Shown in pieces: positions 39,172 through 51,700 of a stretch of DNA of 64,000 nucleotides (positions are counted from its first letter, which is position 1; each line of letters starts with the position of its first letter). Source of the DNA: Chrysomallon squamiferum (Eukaryota; Animalia; Mollusca); assembly GCA_012295275.1 (NCBI GenBank), contig CM022665.1:48918001-48982000 (forward strand), given 5' to 3'. The notes beneath the pieces are model-generated. The model did not search any database and was not told where the DNA came from. It saw nothing but the letters and a program-made list of their open reading frames with translations. The translations under genes and the position numbers were made by a program.

Positions 39172-40511
39172 TTATTTATATATTTATTTATTTGTTTATT
39201 TATTTATTTATTTATTTTTTATTTTATATTTTATTTTTTTTTATATATATATTTTTTATTATTATTTTCTTATTTTGTATATTTATTTATTTATTTATTT
39301 TTTTAAATTTTTTTTTTTGTTTGTTTTTTTATTTATTCATTTATTCATTTATTCATTTATCTCAAACAAGTAGCTGACATTTTGGATCCTGGCTCACATT
39401 CTGAGTAACAAGGAAATCTTGAAACAGGCTCAGTGTGAAGTGGACAGGGTGCTAGGACATTCTTCAGTCAGTAAGTCTCATAAAACACATAAACTACGTT
39501 TTGTGTTGTTGTTCTGGTTAACAGTTTTTACTATTTCTGAAAGATAACACCTTTCTTAGTACAATAAGATCTCTCTCTCTCATTCTCACACTCTTTCATT
39601 CATCCATTCACTCTGTCCTGTCAGTCTCATTCATTCTGTCATTGACTCTTTCATTCACCCATCTACTAACTCATTCTGTCATTCATTCACTCACCCACTC
39701 ACTCATTCCCTCAGTGTGTGTGCATGTGTGTGTATGTGTAGATAAATAAATATAAACAGATAGATGGACAGATAAATATTTATAAATTGATATGAATAGA
39801 CAGATATAAATGTATAGATAAGTAGATAGGTAGATATATAGATATAGCTAGATATAGCTATAGGTATAGATAGATAGATAAAGATAGACAAATAAAGATA
39901 GATAGATAAAGATAGATAAAGATAGATAGACAGATAGATAGATACAGATGAATATGTACATTAGCATCCTTACATAGCTCTCACAAGAAACAAAAATAAA
40001 AGTTCACTGTATTTTCAGTCACCGAAGACAACCTGAAAGAAATGAGATATGTAAAAAAATGTCTTCTTGAGGGAATTCGCATGTCATCACCTGGTGTGCT
40101 CATTCGAAAAGTCGTCAAGTCGTTCACTGTGAAGGTATGGTCCAGTGATTTGTGAACTCAAGTGGAACAGATACTGTATGTTTTGTTACTTTCATGAGAA
40201 GGCACAGAAATGATCTGGGACTGGTGATTGAACAAAAAAATAAAAAAAATTCTTTTCGTGAACATTTAAAACTAAATGAATAACAACATATGATTTAGTG
40301 GAATTTATTAAGATTATAATCATGTTATTATGATTAATTATATTGTTGTTGTTGTTATTGTTGGTTTCCATTAGAATCATTATTATTATTATTATTATTA
40401 TATGATAATTTCATTGTTAAAGACTATAACCAAATTCGGAATATGCTTATTATTGTTTTTATTATTATTATTATTATTATTATATTATTATTATTACTAC
40501 TACTACTACAA

Positions 40512-40547
<36 letters not shown>

Positions 40548-40579
40548 TATTATTATTACTACTACTACTACTACTACAA

Positions 40580-40645
<66 letters not shown>

Positions 40646-41031
40646 GTTACTGTTATTATTATTATCAGGGTTTTGAAGTTCCGGAGGGTGATTCTTTGTT
40701 AATTTCTCCCTACTGGACACACTTCAACCCAGACTGCTTTGAAGACCCTCAAACCTTTAATCCAGTAAGTACCATTCTAATAAAACACAAAGTTGTGTGT
40801 ATATGTCTTAATATTTATTTTAAATAACTGATGATATTTACCAAAACAAATTTAAGAAATATTTCAAGTAATGTTTACACTAAAACTTTGAATGGTTTTC
40901 AGGACAGATGGAAAAATGAAGATGTTGATAAAAATATTTTTCCTAAAAATTTCATCGCTTTCGGTGGAGGGCGTTTTCAGTGTCCTGGCAGGTCTGTGGT
41001 TAAAATTTTTGTTTTGGATCTCTGTAATATT

Positions 41032-41074
<43 letters not shown>

Positions 41075-42038
41075 TCTATTATTTTATTTTACTTTTTTTT
41101 TTTTTTTTTTTCACTTTCTGATGATTTCATTACAATAAGTGTTAAAGCAGTTAGTTAATAAAATACCTGTTAGATGTAGTACTTCTTTTATGTTTAAATT
41201 TGGGGAAGTTTTAATTTTACAGATTTTCTTTTTCTTTTGTTTTGTTTTTTTTTTTTTAGGTTTATTTCTATTTTTTATTTTGTATCAGTAAATATTTCAT
41301 ATATAATTATTTAAAAATAATAACTTTATTCTGAAATTGTTTAATAATAGTTTTATATATAATCATTTAATAATGGTGTTACATGTAATTGTTTCTACTG
41401 ATGTTTATATTATTAGGTTGTTTTTTTTGGTGTGTTTTCTGTTAATTTTCTCTTTGAATGTTTTCAGATGTTTAATATTACTATATCGTGTTAATATTAC
41501 TATATATGTGTATGAGTGTGTAGATAGACAGATAAACAGATTGACAGACGTGTTTGTAATTCTCTCTTTGAATGTTTTCAGGTGGTTTGCTCAGTTTGAA
41601 ATTCACATCTTCATTGTGTTGTTCTTTCAACAATTTCAGTGTAAACTTCTTGGTCCTGTGCCAAAACCAGTAAGTAGTCACTGACATTATACTAATTATT
41701 TTTATATTTATTATTATTATTTTTTTTTTTTGGCTGTTATTATTACTATTACTATTGCTGCTATTTGAAACACACTAATAATCTGGCAGTATTGAATAGA
41801 GAACTTTTATATTAAGACACAGAGATAGAGTAAGAAAAACGTGTATTTATTTAAGATATAACTGAATATTTAATGTATTTAAGATATAATTGAATATTTA
41901 ACACATGTCAAAGTGTCTGTAACATACAAGAGAAGTCGTTTATTTTTTAATTTCTGTTTTCAGAGCATGCTTCATGTCGTAGGAACACAACAGCCAGACA
42001 GACCGTGTCAAGTGGAGATTTCTCGTAGACTGTCGTAA
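34555..42038 (+). CDS. CYP39A1: Cytochrome P450, CYP39A1-like (24-hydroxycholesterol 7-alpha-hydroxylase-like)
   Basis: Exons 34555-34737, 35359-35494 (GC donor), 35877-36023, 36484-36578, 37016-37101, 37479-37560, 38026/38032-38127, 39374-39470, 40019-40134, 40669-40764, 40903-40991, 41582-41669, 41964-42038. N-terminal TM helix, then PPLYRGWVPWFGCAFEFGRAPL, FEYGSRLP, WSKSKQW, I-helix LLWASLANAIP, ExxR (EGIR), heme motif FGGGRFQCPGRWFA, LHVVGTQQP. Confidence 0.9.
38128..38943 (+). repeat. 29-bp minisatellite (GTAAGATAGATATATGTATTTCAGTTCTT)n starting at a splice donor
   Basis: About 27 units; the first begins with the true donor GTGAGATAG at 38128. Confidence 0.95.
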
Positions 42039-44295
42039 CATACAAAACTTCACTGTCACAGTAACACAGAACAAATTTATTTTTTATACTTCCAAGTTAA
42101 CAAAATATACTTGTTATTTCTGGGTGTTTTTTATTTATTTTTTATTTTTATATTTGTTACAGTATAACTTTTTGTTTTGTAATTTTTCAGTAATTCATAT
42201 TTTGGTGTGGAAGGAGTTTGTTAAAATTTGAGAATAAGAAAAATATAATTTATATATTTTGTTTAGAAGTGTTCCTATGGTAAAAAAAAATAATGATATA
42301 TTCTAAACATTTTAAAATAATTATTAAACATATTTTTTTGTTGAACTTCATGCTGGAACTAATGATTATTCTAAATACATGTTTTATGATTCATTGAAGA
42401 TAAACCACTGCCTGTGACAGTATATAATTACATTTTTATATTCCATCATGACTTGCTGTACACTTATTTACTCTGACATCAGAGGCGTAGCTAAGTTGTG
42501 ACAAGTATGACACATATCCTGGCTACACTGAGCACTTTCTGTTCAACTAGACTGGTATTTTTTAGCTGTTTTCACAATAAAGTTAACTGAAAGATGGATG
42601 TCAGATATTTGAACAGGGACAGTTTCAGTCTACTTTTTCAAATGAGGCAAAAATAGTTAATCACTCTAACTTGAAAAGAGGCAAAATCCTTGATTCTAGC
42701 CATTTCCTGGCATCTTTTTCCTTGTTCAGTAATCATAACTTCTATTTTATATTTTTTAAATAAAATCTTTGTATATAAAAAAAAACCTATCATCTATTTT
42801 TGTAGGAGGCATTTGCCTCAGTATAGTTACAGCCATAGAAGATATTTTCTGTAGACAAAGATAATAATTCAGCAAGACTAAATAAATAAATCATTGTAGT
42901 TTTGAAATATCAAATTCTTTGTATGGATTATTTTTTTTTAACATAATTTACAAATCTTTTGTGATATTTTATATTTAATGTTTCAAAATCATTTTTAAAT
43001 TTACTTTTCATAACATGTCAAATTATAATTTTATATGATTTTCAAAATAGAGACAGAAAGATGTGAATGTTCAGAATACAGTTACTGGATAATCCTTTAA
43101 TCTGAAAATGTTTTTTTCATGTGTTATTTATTCAATCAGATGTTGTATTTTTACTTCACTCAGACTGAGTCTGATACTTGTTATATTTTTACTAATTTTT
43201 TCAAGCTATCATTTTCATTTACATGTGAATTTTGAATGGACTACAGAACCTTGTAGAAACAAGATGTTGTAATGTGTACTGGGTTTGTACTTGGATCAAC
43301 CAAACTCTTGAAGGTTTAATCCAAGAGAGAGAGAGTGTGTGTGCGTGTCTGTTACTTGTTTTCAGGTTTATTGCATGTGTGTACATGCATGTATGATGCA
43401 TGAATATATTTGCATTGCATGCTTGCACATGTGCATTCATGTATTCATAAACACTCCTAACTTTATTTTCAGCTCTTGTTATATTTCATTACTGAAAACA
43501 TTATAAATAAAAATCATCTCCAATTTTGGTTTGTCTGTCATTACTTTCTCACACTCAAACATAAAAACACACAAGAAGAAGATCAAACACATTACTGTAT
43601 ATATGTATGTATTATATGTATTTATGTACATTATTAACAGTGTTAATAAATATTACATGATTATCTTGTATAAAATATATAAACATTTTTAACTTTACCA
43701 CAGTGATTAGGCACATGGAAAAAAAAAGTATTTATCTAAAATATACTTACATAAATAAGTATTTAACTAAAATATACAAATAAGTATTTATCTAAAGTAT
43801 ACTTATCTAAATAAGAACTTTTTTAAAAATATACTTAACTTAAATGTAACTGCTGATCAAAGATTTATAATTATTAAATTCTTCATTTTTGGTTTACGCA
43901 GGTAGACAAAATTTGGTTGGAGAATAAATTGTAATGGTATAAACTTTAGTTTACTTGATTAGTTTTTTTTTCTAAAAACGAAAATTTCACCACAGTTTTG
44001 CTAATACTGTGTTGGTACTGTTAAAAAAAACACATGATGCAAAATTTAAAAAAATTATTAAAACCAAAATTAGTGGGAGATTTTTCTTACTTTTTTTCGT
44101 TTAAAATTTCACTGTAAATTCTCAAGCGTCCAGTTTGGAATTCGGCTGGCACCTAAACCATGATGGAATCGGTTTTCCTGTTAACACACATATTTAGTTT
44201 GTTACCCAACTGTTCAAAATACTGTAAAGCTGGGGGTTTTTTTTGATAACATTTTAAGTTTCAGAATCTGTTACATGAAACTCTGTCTTCTGTTG

Positions 44296-46588
44296 TTAAC
44301 TTGTTACGTTTAATCTTTTGTTGATGTAGCCGGACTTGACCAGCTCCTCTCTGTACTTCATCAGTTCCTGCCACCGGTTCTGACTGCGAATGAGCTCGTT
44401 GTTCTTACACAGCTCGTAAGTGAAATCCGGAGTCCTCAGTTCGTACCTAGAAAACACACAGAGATGACAACAACTGTCAGCTTATTAGCAAAAACCAAGC
44501 TTTGATTTTTCTGTTCTAACTGTTCAAATGTTTGCAAGTCAGTTGAATAATGTCAATTAAAAAGTATTCATAGAAATGAAACAAAAATAATATCATAGAC
44601 TGTTATACAGATACACATATATACATATAAATATAAACACACACACACACACACATATAAATATATGCACACATACACACATGTATATATAGATACTTAA
44701 ACACACACATATATATACATACATATAAACATGTATACCATATACTGTCACACACACACACATACACACACAATTATAAATCACCATTTTGGTGCAGGTC
44801 CTCGAATTCTTTCAAGTTCTTGCTGACGGATTTTTTCTAACAAATGTTCTTCTTCTAGCTGAAGTCTCTCCATGCGAAGGCGTGCCAGTTCTATCTGGAA
44901 TGGTGTGACCAGCTGAAGTTCTAAACTTCCTGCAAATTCACAGAGATATCAACATGCAGAAAAATTCAATTAAATAATTAAAATGCAGTTTTATAAAAAT
45001 TTTTATAAATAATTATTAACATGTTGAAAGTTAAATTATAAAAAAGTTTATAAATAATTATTATCATGCAGAAAGTCAAATTATAAAAAATGTATAAATA
45101 ATTATTATCATGCAGAAAGTTCAGTTATATAAAAGTTTATAAATAATTGTTAACACACAGAAAGTTAAATTATGAAAAAGAATATAAATAATTATTAACA
45201 TGCAGAGTTAAATTATAAAAAATTTATAGATAATGTGTTGAAAGTTAAATTATAAAAAAATGTATAAATAATTATTAATATCCAGAAAGTTAAATTATAA
45301 AAAATGTATAAATTTATTGAAACAGAAAGTTAAATTATTAAAAGATTTATAGAGAGAAAAGAAAGTTAAATTACACAAAAATTTATTAATATTATTAATT
45401 AGCAGAAAATTAAATTACACAAAAATTTATAAATAATTATTAACATGTAGAAAGTTAAATTACACAAAAATTTACAAATAATTATTAATATGCTGAAAGT
45501 TAAATTACACAAAAATTTAAAAATAATAATTAACATGTCGAAAGTTAAATTATTCACGTGTGAAGCACAAATTTATGCACACATATATTATGAGGAATTT
45601 TGTAAAAATACATAGCAATAAATTTATGAAAGAAAATTTGTATGTTATACACATTACAAAATATTTGTTAATATGAATAATTTATACCTGTATTATACAC
45701 ATTCCTGTAAAAGTGAAAATAATTATTAAATAATGTTATAAAAGTGACAGTAACATTCTAATTATAAAAATTTTTAAAATTAAAAAAATATATATATGTC
45801 AAAAACGTAATTAAATATTTGTATAAATAATTGTATATAAAAAGTACAAACCATCAGAATAATTGTTTTTCCTATCGATTTCAAAATCTTCATCACGAAG
45901 AGAAACGTTTGGTAAGCTGTAATCGGCTGCGTATTTTTCGACCGCGCCTAACGTGACAGGAAAATACTTAGTTCTGTCTTTGCAGGTTCTTCTCATACCT
46001 GAAACTGACTCTTTCAGATAGTCTCTAGCAGTTGGGTAAGGCGAAGGGGTGCACGGGTTCGGTGAGGTACTGCAATTCTGGACACTTCAACGAGGTGTTC
46101 CACCTCATTGACGGGCGACCGGACATGGCTGAGTGCGCACGAAAGTTACCGGAAATTCTAGGCCTGCTCAGAGTGTCACAAATTCTACTGCTCAGTCTGT
46201 TAAGATTATTTGCAGCGTCTATTAATGATCTTTGTAAACAATCATCGTAGTTGTTATCAATTTTTATTTGGTCTTTTTCTCCTGTCGTTTCGCTAAATCG
46301 AAACTTGACACTGGGTAATTTTTGTGAATCTGTAGAACACTCTGTTTTACTCCTGTAATTAGAAAAAAAAAATCAATATTTACATGCCAATACATTTCGT
46401 AAAAAGTTTTCCAAATGAAACACAAAGAAAATAAATTTTAGAAATAAAAAATAAAAAAGTAAATAACATATATGTTAATTTGTTGTGATCCTCTGCCTAA
46501 ATAAAAGGCAGCTAAAATATAAAGACTGACTTATTACAATATATTTATATTATTATACTATTAGTTCCGTCTATGGTGATATTGTCTG

Positions 46589-46619
<31 letters not shown>

Positions 46620-46934
46620 TAAAAATAAAAATAAAAATAAAAACGTTATTATGGATTATTATTTTGACAAGACAAAAATAAACAAGACTGTTAGTAATGT
46701 TCACTTGTATGTTCTGGAAAAAAAAAAAAAAAAAAGTAAATTAAATAAATAAATAAATTGAAAATAAATTGAAAAACAATTGAAAATGAATGAAAGACTG
46801 TTCACTTACTGAGATAATTAAATAAGAGACCAGTCAGTCAGCTGACTGTTCAAATCATTAATCTACACTTCTCTTCTCCATAAAAACATTACTGAAGAAT
46901 TTAACAGTATTAACACTATATTATTATTATTATG

Positions 46935-46999
<65 letters not shown>

Positions 47000-47443
47000 T
47001 ATAATATTATTAACTTTTTGCAGTATTTCAGAAACCTTTATTTTACTGGAAAAATTAAAAATAAATAATGGCATAGAATCCCTAACAGATTAAATAATTT
47101 TTAACTAATATTTTTATTTTATCATTGAAAATACGTAATATATCAAGCATAAAATTGCTGTAAGTGTAATGAAAATTAATACATTTTATAAATCAGTTTA
47201 CTATTATTATTAAAAATTAATAGAATATTTACAATAATGTGTATTCATCCAGAAAGCAATTTTAATTGATGTCTTTCATGTTTAGGATGTCGAAGTGCTA
47301 CAGTCTACTTTAAATTTTAGTAAATTAAGATCTGATAATTTTGCGATTCATAAAATATGAAACTCTATATATATATTTGCTGTGAATGCACACCGATATG
47401 ATGCTGTTGCTCCACTAATTACAAAATCAGAATCAGGATTCAT
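44296..47443 (-). CDS. Uncharacterised protein with coiled-coil-like C-terminal region (ELERIRGPAPKWYELRTPDF); frame break in exon 2
   Basis: Exons 47443-47394 (MNPDSDFVISGATASYR), 46352-45852, 44929-44785, 44446-44296 (TAA), GT-AG and phase-consistent at each junction. GC-richer than the flanking introns. Probable upstream non-coding exon with donor near 47678. Reading frame changes between ~46086 and ~46026. Confidence 0.7.
44945..45555. repeat. ~42-bp AT-rich minisatellite (ATAATTATTAACATGCAGAAAGTTAAATTATAAAAAA)
   Basis: About 13 imperfect copies ending next to the minus-strand acceptor at 44930. Confidence 0.85.
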
Positions 47444-47754
47444 TTTCTTTTGGCGAATCAGCTATTTCGATCAAAACAAAAAAACTATTTACAATCAGCT
47501 ATTTCGATCCAAACAAAAAACTATGTACAATACTTTGTTGACGGAAGCAACGTCTGTGGTTACCACGCATGCTCATTGTGATATTTAGTAGCGGGAAAAT
47601 ACTAACTATTGAACAGACATTTCTGGAGCAAAGGCTTTTAAAGTATATAAATAGAAGAACCATATTTTATAATCTTACCAATTGTGGTTTGTTCCTGTCT
47701 AATTTAATGTCCTGGTTTTGTCAAACATGCTGATAAGTTAGTGGACGAACTGAG

Positions 47755-47835
47755 CACCAATTGGTTAGCTGAGCATGCGCAATAAATTAATTTTTGCCAA
47801 GTGATTGACCATGACGTCACTCTAAATACGTCATC
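47755..47835. promoter_or_regulatory. Putative promoter elements between the uncharacterised gene and nudC (divergent pair)
   Basis: Palindromic CCAATTGG at ~47757, full CRE TGACGTCA at 47812-47819, and a second ACGTCA just downstream. Confidence 0.4.
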
Positions 47836-48386
47836 CATAGGCATAAAAGTAATATTTCGTGTAGTCCAATCACTTACAATGAACTATGACTACCTGCCGT
47901 TACAAAATAATAGTACTTTAACTAATAATAATAACAGCAGCAACAACAAATAACATAATGAGGAATAATAATAATATTTTTTTTTTATATAAAACAAATA
48001 TTCTAATTTACAAATTCGGAGGAGTGTTATTAATAATTAATCTATTTCATTACCATTTTAAAACCCCAATAAATCTAGATAGGTTATTTACGTTAGGTTA
48101 GTCAGTTTCTGAATGTCATGTTAACAGAAACCAGCTTACTTCTTAAAATAAACAGTTCATTTCTCATAATTTGATGACACTGATAATTTTATTTAATGCT
48201 GAATGTATGATGATCTAAATACTGAAGACCACTGAACTAATCAGTCTAAAATGTTCATGCTAATGTCTCATCTACAAAAAAATGGTGAATCATAGATGTT
48301 TTGTAAGTTTATTGTTTTACTGCCATACTTTATTATTGATTAATTAAAACCAACCATCAAAACGAAATAAACAAACAACATCAACA

Positions 48387-48438
<52 letters not shown>

Positions 48439-48735
48439 CATCATCATCATCATCATAATAGAATAGTTGCAGTAATAAATTTTATTAGAATTAAAAATAA
48501 ATAAAATAATTAAAATAATTTGGAATTATCCACTCCTTTGTCTATTAATTCACATCGACAAAGATACACTTAATGCACAATTATATATTTCATATTCTCC
48601 GAATGAATAGCATCTACACTGAGCTTTTAGACCTTTGAAAGAAAATCTGCATTTTAGTAGCAACCTGTGTTGTGATTTCCGGACTGTTCCGGAAGGCGAA
48701 TTTGGAACGTGGAGAAAGCGAAAACAAAACAGAAA

Positions 48736-51700
48736 ATGTCTAGTGATCCCGAAAGATTTGACGGCATGTTGCTGGCAATGGCCCAGCAGTGCGAAGGAGG
48801 AGTGCAAGAGGTCATAATTTAATATTTAAATCACAAATAAACATTTTCGTTGGTGTTTTTATGGAATGACGACTTAGATCAGTTGCGCTCGTTAACTTCA
48901 TAATTTACACCACTACCTTAAAGTTAAACTCGGTTGTCAACTCTGACTAAAAACGCAGAATTTTACAAATAATTGAACAGTCGTAAAATTATTATTAAAC
49001 TTTTACTGAAAATGTTTACGATATCTTATGGTTCTCTACCAATAAAGCAAAATTAAAATAAATCCTCTTAGAAGAAGTGAAATAATAAATAATAATAATA
49101 AAATGTTTTTAAAAAAATTACAGAGCTGTAGGTGTCAATTTTCATTACATATATGATAATTAATTGATATACTAATTGTGACTGAAACTAACAGTTAATA
49201 GATTTAAAGGCTTTTAAAAAATACGTACTTCTAACAAATATAATTGTATATGAGTACCTTACATCATATCTGTGGGTTGGAAGCATGCAAAATGATACCT
49301 GAGCCACTTTATCTGAAATGTAAAACAATCTCTTTTTCTTTTCTTTTTAAAAAATGTTTTCAGTTTTAATGTTTATAAAAACAAATTTAAAAAAAGGTAA
49401 TCTCTGTTTATCATTCAGAAAGCATGTAGTGACATGATATTTGTAAATTATTTTAGGACTAGATATCATTGTTATTATTTCTTTTGTATATCCCACAGAT
49501 TCATCTTCTTATTCATGACACCTGCAGTAAACCGAAAAGATATAATAATAAGATTAAAATTAAAAACAATAATATTATCATTATCATCATTATTATTTGT
49601 AATTAATTAATTAATCATTAAATTAATAAATACAATACTTGTGTTGACACTTTTCAGTTGCTGGATGTGATATTTGGATTTCTGGCAAGGAAAACTGATT
49701 TCTACACAGGAGTTGGAAAATCAGGAGCAGAGGCAGTAAGTAACTACATTCCCTTGATGCAGTTCTTTACTGGTTAACTAATGCATTTTACTGTTCTTCC
49801 CTTTCTAGCCATGTTGTTATGAAATATTTTTTTGAGCCAATTTAAGAATTTTACCCACATTTTTTCTTTTCGAAATAAATAGTTCTATCGTGTATTTATA
49901 AATATGCATTATTACTGACCATCAGTGCTTTTTCTGATTTAAGCACAGTTTTTTTGTTATCTTTAAACATTTGTGTAAAAGGATTATCTGAGCTGTGAAG
50001 TGTTTACACCATTGTGTTGTTGTTGTTGTTGTTGTTGTTGTGGAGAAATGCTGATGGAGAAATTTAAGAAGAATGAGAAAAGATGGAGGAGAGGAGAAGG
50101 AAGAAAAAGGAGAGAAGGGCAAAGAAAAAAGGCAAGAAGGAAGGAAAAAAAGAAGAACCGAATAAAAGAACTGCAGGCAAAAGAAAAAACTGGAGAAACA
50201 AAAAACATGGTAAGAAAAAAAATAATCCAGTACTTGTAGAATAAAAAAGAAGAACCCACAAAACTTGTAAAATAAAATTTGAACTCACAATCCAGTACTT
50301 GTAAAATACAATTTGTAATGTAATATGCATAGTCCAAAAACAAGCACTGGAGAAACAAATAAACATGGTAATCCACAAAACTTGTAATCCAGTACTTGTA
50401 AAATACAATTTGTAATGTAATATGTGTAATCCACAATTTGTACTATAGAATTTATAATCCAGAACTTGTAATTTAAAATTTGTAATCCACAAATTGTATC
50501 ATAAAATTTGTAATCCTAACTTGTAATATATTATTTGCAATTCACAACTTGTAATTTAAAATGTGTAATCCAGAACTTGTAAAATAAAGTTTGTAATCCA
50601 GCACTAGTAATATAAAATCTTGTAATCCAAGTTTGTAAAACAAAAACTTATTATTCAGAATTTACAATAACCTGTAATCCCCAATGTTATTTATTAATCA
50701 CTAAGTGAATCAAAATTTATAATCCAAAATGTATTATCTTAATACCATAATCCCAATATTTGTAATTCAGAACGAAGGCTGTAGTGTTAAAATATTCTAT
50801 CCTCAAGTCTACATTCAGAAATATATAAAATGCTTTTAGTACTTAAAACAAAAATGATATTCTGATTCCAGGTTTGAAAGTTAAGAGCTGTAAATGAGAA
50901 TAATAGGAAATTCAACAGTAAACTGGAATATCTCTAATTACAAACAATATTTAAAAAGAAGTCAGACTATCAGTGATTGTTTTGATGTCAGTTCAGAATT
51001 TTAATCAGTAATCTTAGGAGCAATAACTTGCAATTAACGTTTTATCATCAGTTAAGAATTGTAAATCAGAATTATACGAAAATCCAACAGTTACTGAAAA
51101 AAAAAACCCAGTACGTCACATGATGATTGGTTTTGATGTTGTTTTACAACTTTAATTACTCTTCTTAGTGGTAATAACCTACAGTTCATATAGTTCCTAC
51201 TTGTTTTATTGTTTCTTTGACATTCAGAGTATTTTATTTTTTTAAATTTTTATCTCATGTGACTTATTTGTAATTATTTCCTCAAGGAATCCAAGAAGGA
51301 GAATGAAAATGTTGAAAGCTCTGAAAAGACGGTGGAGAATGGAAAAACAAAGGAAGAAGATAAAGCGGTAACCATAACAACAAACTTTTTGAAATAAAGA
51401 TACACAGTCTAAACCCAGTAGTCATATATATTTAAAAAACAAATAATTTTCTGTATAATTTATTGTTTTCCAAAAATTATATGTAAGTTTTCAGAAATTG
51501 TGTATATCTCCACATATATATGTATGGTAATGTACATTATATCAAAAACAAATTTAAAAAACATCTTAGAAATTTTATTTTATTAAATTATAGAAATTTT
51601 AAACTATATTATTAAGTCTTAAATATCTTTCATACATTAACAGATTAAACTGTTGACTTTTTACAGCATTAAAGAATTTCTGGGGTGGTTTTTTTTTTCT

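Noticed and set aside
47698-47728. ATG in the upstream exon of the uncharacterised gene as its start codon
   Set aside because: Stops after 9 codons (MFDKTRTLN*); at most a uORF
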